Of a stretch of 64,000 nucleotides of DNA, positions 59,216 through 64,000 are shown in pieces. The notes beneath the pieces are model-generated. The model was given only the letters and a program-made list of their open reading frames with translations. It was not told the origin of the DNA and searched no databases. The stretch's first letter is position 1. Every line of letters begins with the position of its first letter. A program made the translations under genes and the position numbers. Source of the DNA: the human T2T-CHM13v2.0 reference genome, Homo sapiens; NCBI RefSeq assembly GCF_009914755.1, contig NC_060925.1. One strand, given 5' to 3'.

Positions 59216-59433
59216 GTTCCAGGGCATGGGCACCATGCATCCAGCCTCAGTCCATGGTGTGCAGCTTGTATTGGCTTATGAGGGCTGACCAGTGATTCCT
59301 CCAGGCAGAGAGCAATTGTGAGGCAGATTAGACTTAAGACTGTAAGGAGTGGTTAAGGACTAGGGCAGAGCAAAACACATACCACATCTATGGGGGCAGC
59401 TACTTCTTGGCAATGGCCAGTTGTTGCCTGTAG

Positions 59434-59808
<375 letters not shown>

Positions 59809-60149
59809 CTGGAAATGTGGATTTCTGTCTAAGATCTCTTAGCATTTATACATTGGCAGCTAATTCCATTTTGTTTTTTTTAAAGCACCGTGTAGATCAA
59901 GCAAAGCATTTCCTAGGGCTGTATGGAGCCCTGGGCTGCAAGTTTATAACCAAAAATCCAGTTCCACTCATCGGCAATTATTGGAACACTGAACCAACTT
60001 AACCAACTGTAACTCAGCTCTCACTTTTCCACCTTGTTTATAAGGAAACCACGTGACACTCTGGTTAGATGTCTTGTGAAAATCCCAATCATTATGTCCT
60101 TACTGGGTCTCAACCCTTTTTTGTAAAGAACACAGATTTGACAGACAGA

Positions 60150-60340
60150 TGGGTCAGGTGTACGATTCTGGGTCCTCCTTTTACTAACTGTGTGACCTTG
60201 GATGAGGTACCTAACATCTGCCCCTCTGTTTCCTTGCTTACACATTGGGATCATAATGCCCCATGAGATTTTGTGAAGATTAAGGAATACCATGAATGCT
60301 GAACTTGCCTTGCACTTGTAGCATAGCAAATGTTCATTAA
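60150..60340 (+). mobile_element. MIR
   Basis: TTACTAACTGTGTGACCTTGG...CCTCTGTTTCC core. Confidence 0.7.
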
Positions 60341-61219
60341 AGACCGAGTTCTTCCCTCATTCCTTTCTGAGCCATCAGCCTTGTAATCCCCTCCAACAGG
60401 AAATGCCAGAGTGGACAGCATATCAGATGAGTTCTATAACATTCCAGAGACAGGTAAGCTCCCTGTGGAAAGAAGGATCATGGAAGACTTCCCGGAGGAG
60501 GAGGACTTGATGTAGATTTTCTGCCAATGAGCTCTGGGTAATCCTGTTGCATGTGCCAATAAACCATTTGACAAGGCCAGGGATATCTCAGCAGCTTAGG
60601 TTCTCAGGGTGAGGGAGTTTCCAGGTTTCCATGGCTACCCTTGGCAGGGCTTTAGCCCTGGGGCGAGCCTGCATGTGATAGACCCAGCAAATGACAGAGA
60701 ACAAGTGTGTTTATGTGATGTTTAATTAGTTCTACAAATAGTTCTTGAGGATCTATAATGGGTCAGACATTGTTCCAGGTGCTAAGATCAGAAATGGATC
60801 AGAGGACAATTTTGCCCTCAAGAGGCTTCCATTCAATTGGAGGTGGAAGTGGCTGGGGCATCTTTAATCACCGAAGTGTGAATGATTGGATCCATTGCCA
60901 AGAAAGGGGAACTGGGAAAGACTGTTTTGAGGGGACAGTGAGTTTAGTTCTGAGGTTCCCAAGGGTTATTGGGATAGAATATCAGACTCTATCTATCATC
61001 TGTCTATCTATCCATCCATCCATCTCTGTGTAATCATATTTGACGTGTGGACTGGGCAGTGGGGTGAGAATGGAGCTGGAGCCAGAGGAGTCGTGCATTC
61101 ACTCAGCAAACTCTTACTGAGCACCTACTATGTGCCAAGTGTTGGGTTACAGAGGCGAAGCAGACGCAGAGCCTACCCTCATGGAGTTCTCAGTTTACTG
61201 GAAAGACATAATCACAATA

Positions 61220-61470
61220 TTTATGGTAGTTATGACTTACTGAGCACCTACAGGGTGCCAGGCACTGTCCCGGGCCGTTCTGCCTGACTTATCTCATCGA
61301 ATTATCAGCGTTACTAAGTGAGTCTGGTTCTATGATTATCCTATTTTACACAGATAAAACTGAGACCCAAAGAGGAGAAAAAGCTGGTTCAGGTGACACA
61401 GTGGTCACAGCTGAGACACAGATTTGAACACACGTCTCTCCTACGTTGGATCTTGGATCTGACATTGTGC
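61220..61470 (-). mobile_element. MIR
   Basis: TTACTGAGCACCTAC...CCTATTTTACACAGATAAAACTGAGACCC. Confidence 0.7.
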
Positions 61471-62463
61471 TTTCTCCTGGTTGCTGTATTCAGTCATTCC
61501 TTCATTAAGCATTGTTTGTTGAGTCAAAGCTAGGGCCAAACTTCTCTGTCCGGGACACCCCCGGATGCCTGCATAGAAATAAGAGCTAAATCCCTGAACT
61601 CGAATGAGCTCATCCAGAGAGTGGCTGAGACAGAGAAGGGCAACTCCAGAGGGCAGGTCCCACAAACACACCTGCATTTGGGGGGCCAGCAGAGATGGGA
61701 TGGGGGGATTAGCCACAGGAGGGCAGGCGGCACAGTGCAGCCTTGTGAAGCCCAGAGGGAGAGAGAGTTTCGAGAAGGAGGAGGTGGACTTCAAGATGAG
61801 TGCCCTGAAGGACTGAGGAGGTGACCCCCAAGCTTGGGCTATGCCAGGCTTTGGGGGTCCCTGAGGGCAAGCTCAAGGATGCAGCAGATGCCAGGCAGTG
61901 AAGGGTTCAGAGTGGGGGATGACGAAGGGCAGCCTTCTCTGTTTAGAAATTTGACTTTTAGAGAAAAAAAGAAGTAGAATTGTCCCTAGAGGCAAGGGAT
62001 TTTTTTTTCTTTTTTGTGGCTTGGTTTTGTTTGGTTGAGAATGGCGGAGCAGGTGTGTGTTCGTAGGTGGGGGAAGAAACTGGTTGAGAAGAAGAAACGA
62101 AAATACAGGATGGGGAGAGGACTCTTCCCCATGGCTCTGATCACCGCCAGACACCATCTGTGTTTACTTCTGTCTTCACGATCTGTTTCCCACCAGCCAC
62201 AAGGGCAGCTCTGTGAAGGCACAAGTTCTGTCTCATTCACCGTGGGATCCCAGTGCCTGGCACGTAGTAGACACTTCATAAATATTTTTGATATTGAGTT
62301 GAATTCACAGGGTTCTTCCGGGAGCCCAGTGGTTAGTCCTAGGAAGAGAAGGGTTCATGGGGGCCTTAAGGAGGGGCTTCTCTCTGATGCTACCATGACA
62401 AGAGAGAGGGAGAGAAAAAGAAGTCAACACAAGTAGAGGCAGGAGCCAAAAATCCAAGTCTTT

Positions 62464-62773
62464 GGCGGGGTACAGTGGCTCATGCCTGTCATCCCAGCAC
62501 TTTGGGAGGCACGGGTGAGAGGATCACTTGACCCCAGGAATTCGAGACTAGCCTGGGCAACATGGTGGGACCCCGACTCTATAAAAAATGCACAAAGAAA
62601 TTAGCCAGGCATGGTGGTGCCCACTGTAGTCTCAGCTACTCGAGAGGCAGAGGCAGGAGGGAAGATGGCTTGAGCCCAGGAGGTGGAGGCTGCAGTGAGA
62701 TGTGATTGTGTCTCTGCACTCCAGCCTGGGGGACAGAGACAGACCCTGTCTCAAAAAAAAAAAAAAAAAAAAA
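62464..62773 (+). mobile_element. AluJ-like
   Basis: TSD AAAAATCCAAGTCTT. Confidence 0.92.
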
Positions 62774-63129
62774 TCCAAGTCTTCTCAAAAAAGTGTGTGT
62801 GGGGTGGTGGTGTGAAGGGTGGAATTAACAGAAGTAGAAAATGGAGAATACTAGTAGCTACTTATGTCCTGTGAGAACATTCTAGAAGGTGAGCTGTCAT
62901 TGATTTATTAGCATTACTCTGCCTTTGCTATGGCTCTAAGTTATAAATTTAAGAATTCATTTAATCCTAACAACAGCTCTCTGAGGCAAATGAGCTTCAG
63001 TCAGCCCTGAGGTGATGTGGCTAGTGGTGAGGAAGCCAGGATTTGAACCCAGGACTTGGAGCTGATATAGAGCCTGTGATGTTACCCACTGGGCCATATA
63101 CTTCCCCAACTGACATTAGTTTATATGCC

Positions 63130-63296
63130 TTATTTTTATTTTTATGTATTCATTTATTCATTAATAGAGACAGGGGCTTGCTTTGTTGCTCAGGCTAGAG
63201 TGCAGTGGTGCAATCACAGTTCACTGTAACCTGGACCTCCTGGGCTCGGGCCATCCTCCCACCTGAGCCTCCCAGGGTGAGCCATTGTGCCTGACC
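63130..63296 (-). mobile_element. Partial Alu (right arm, internally deleted)
   Basis: (TTTA)n tail followed by GAGACAGGGGCTTGCTTTGTTGCTCAGGCTAGAGTGCAGTGG. Confidence 0.8.
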
Positions 63297-63961
63297 CACA
63301 TGTGCCTTGTTTTATATACTACATTCCTCACCAGGAGCCTCTGGGTTTGGAGGGGCTCATAATTCTCATGTTTTACATTAAGAACAGAGAAATATAGTGA
63401 CTTGCCCAGGGTCACACAGATACTAAGTGGCTGAGCTGGGACTCCAGCTTGCATCTCTCTAACCGCAAGCCTGGCACTTTCCCCTTCCCTGAGAGAAGAA
63501 CTGTAGGAAGTTAGCACAGAGTCAGGTGCCAAAAAAGGGCTACCACCTGGACGTGGCAGGCAACATTCTGTGGTGTTTCTGCAGGCATCTCCCGAGTCAC
63601 CCCAGCTCAGGAACAAGGCAGAAAAAGTTGGGGGTTGGCAAGTTAGGAACAAGAGGAAGAGGACGGGGACAAAGCTGCAAGTCCGGGAGCGGGGCTGCCT
63701 GTCTTCTCTGGCAGTTCCTGGGTTGAGGCTGAGCAAAACAGGATAAAATCTGAGCAGGAGCCCACGGCTGGGGGACTTGGCAAAGACCCAGTGTGGTGGG
63801 TGGGAGGGAGGCTGTGCCCTGGAGGGGGATTCCAGGGTTCCTGTTCTTAGTGGGGAAGAGCCCTGGATCGAGGGTGGCCCAAGCTCAACTCTGATCACTG
63901 TCCCTCCTGATAGCCACCTGGGCACTGTGACCTGCTTCAGAAAACAGCTGCTTCTGTGGCA

Positions 63962-64000
63962 GTAATCCCAGCACTTTGGGAGTGTGAGGTGGGTGGATCA
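63962..64000 (+). mobile_element. Start of an Alu, truncated by the window end
   Basis: GTAATCCCAGCACTTTGGGAG...GGTGGATCA. Confidence 0.8.

Noticed and set aside
63221-63925. Longest ORF (234 aa, minus strand)
   Set aside because: It starts at a non-ATG codon, runs through MIR- and Alu-derived sequence (SICVTLGKSLYFS, WEAQVGG), has no recognisable domain, and is antisense in an intron.

Overview
This is primate, almost certainly human, genomic DNA with no protein-coding exon. I recognise 53985-54106 from memory as the non-coding first exon of PLA2G5 (group V secretory phospholipase A2, 1p36), ending at the donor GAG|GTTAGT. The coding exons would lie beyond the window's right end. The 54 kb upstream is almost entirely nested retroelements. 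One stack is a near full-length antisense L1PB (5.9-22.2 kb) that hosts a second L1PB and a deleted class I, Phe-PBS provirus (LTR46/HERV-F-like, 11800-19200), which in turn hosts a solo LTR1 and a solo HML-2 LTR5B. A second stack is a sense MER4A1 provirus (24365-36867) that hosts an antisense HERV-H, a THE1 LTR and a short young Alu. The most unusual structure is the HERV-H insertion (24961-29565): it ends in two inverted U5 termini of apparently different LTR7 types, with a perfect 5-bp TSD. Other points of interest are a candidate ERV-antisense upstream first exon for PLA2G5, several recent templated duplications, a zero-spacer inverted Alu pair and uORFs in exon 1. All ORFs in the supplied track are repeat remnants or chance ORFs. 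Subfamily names come from recalled consensus sequences, not from a search.
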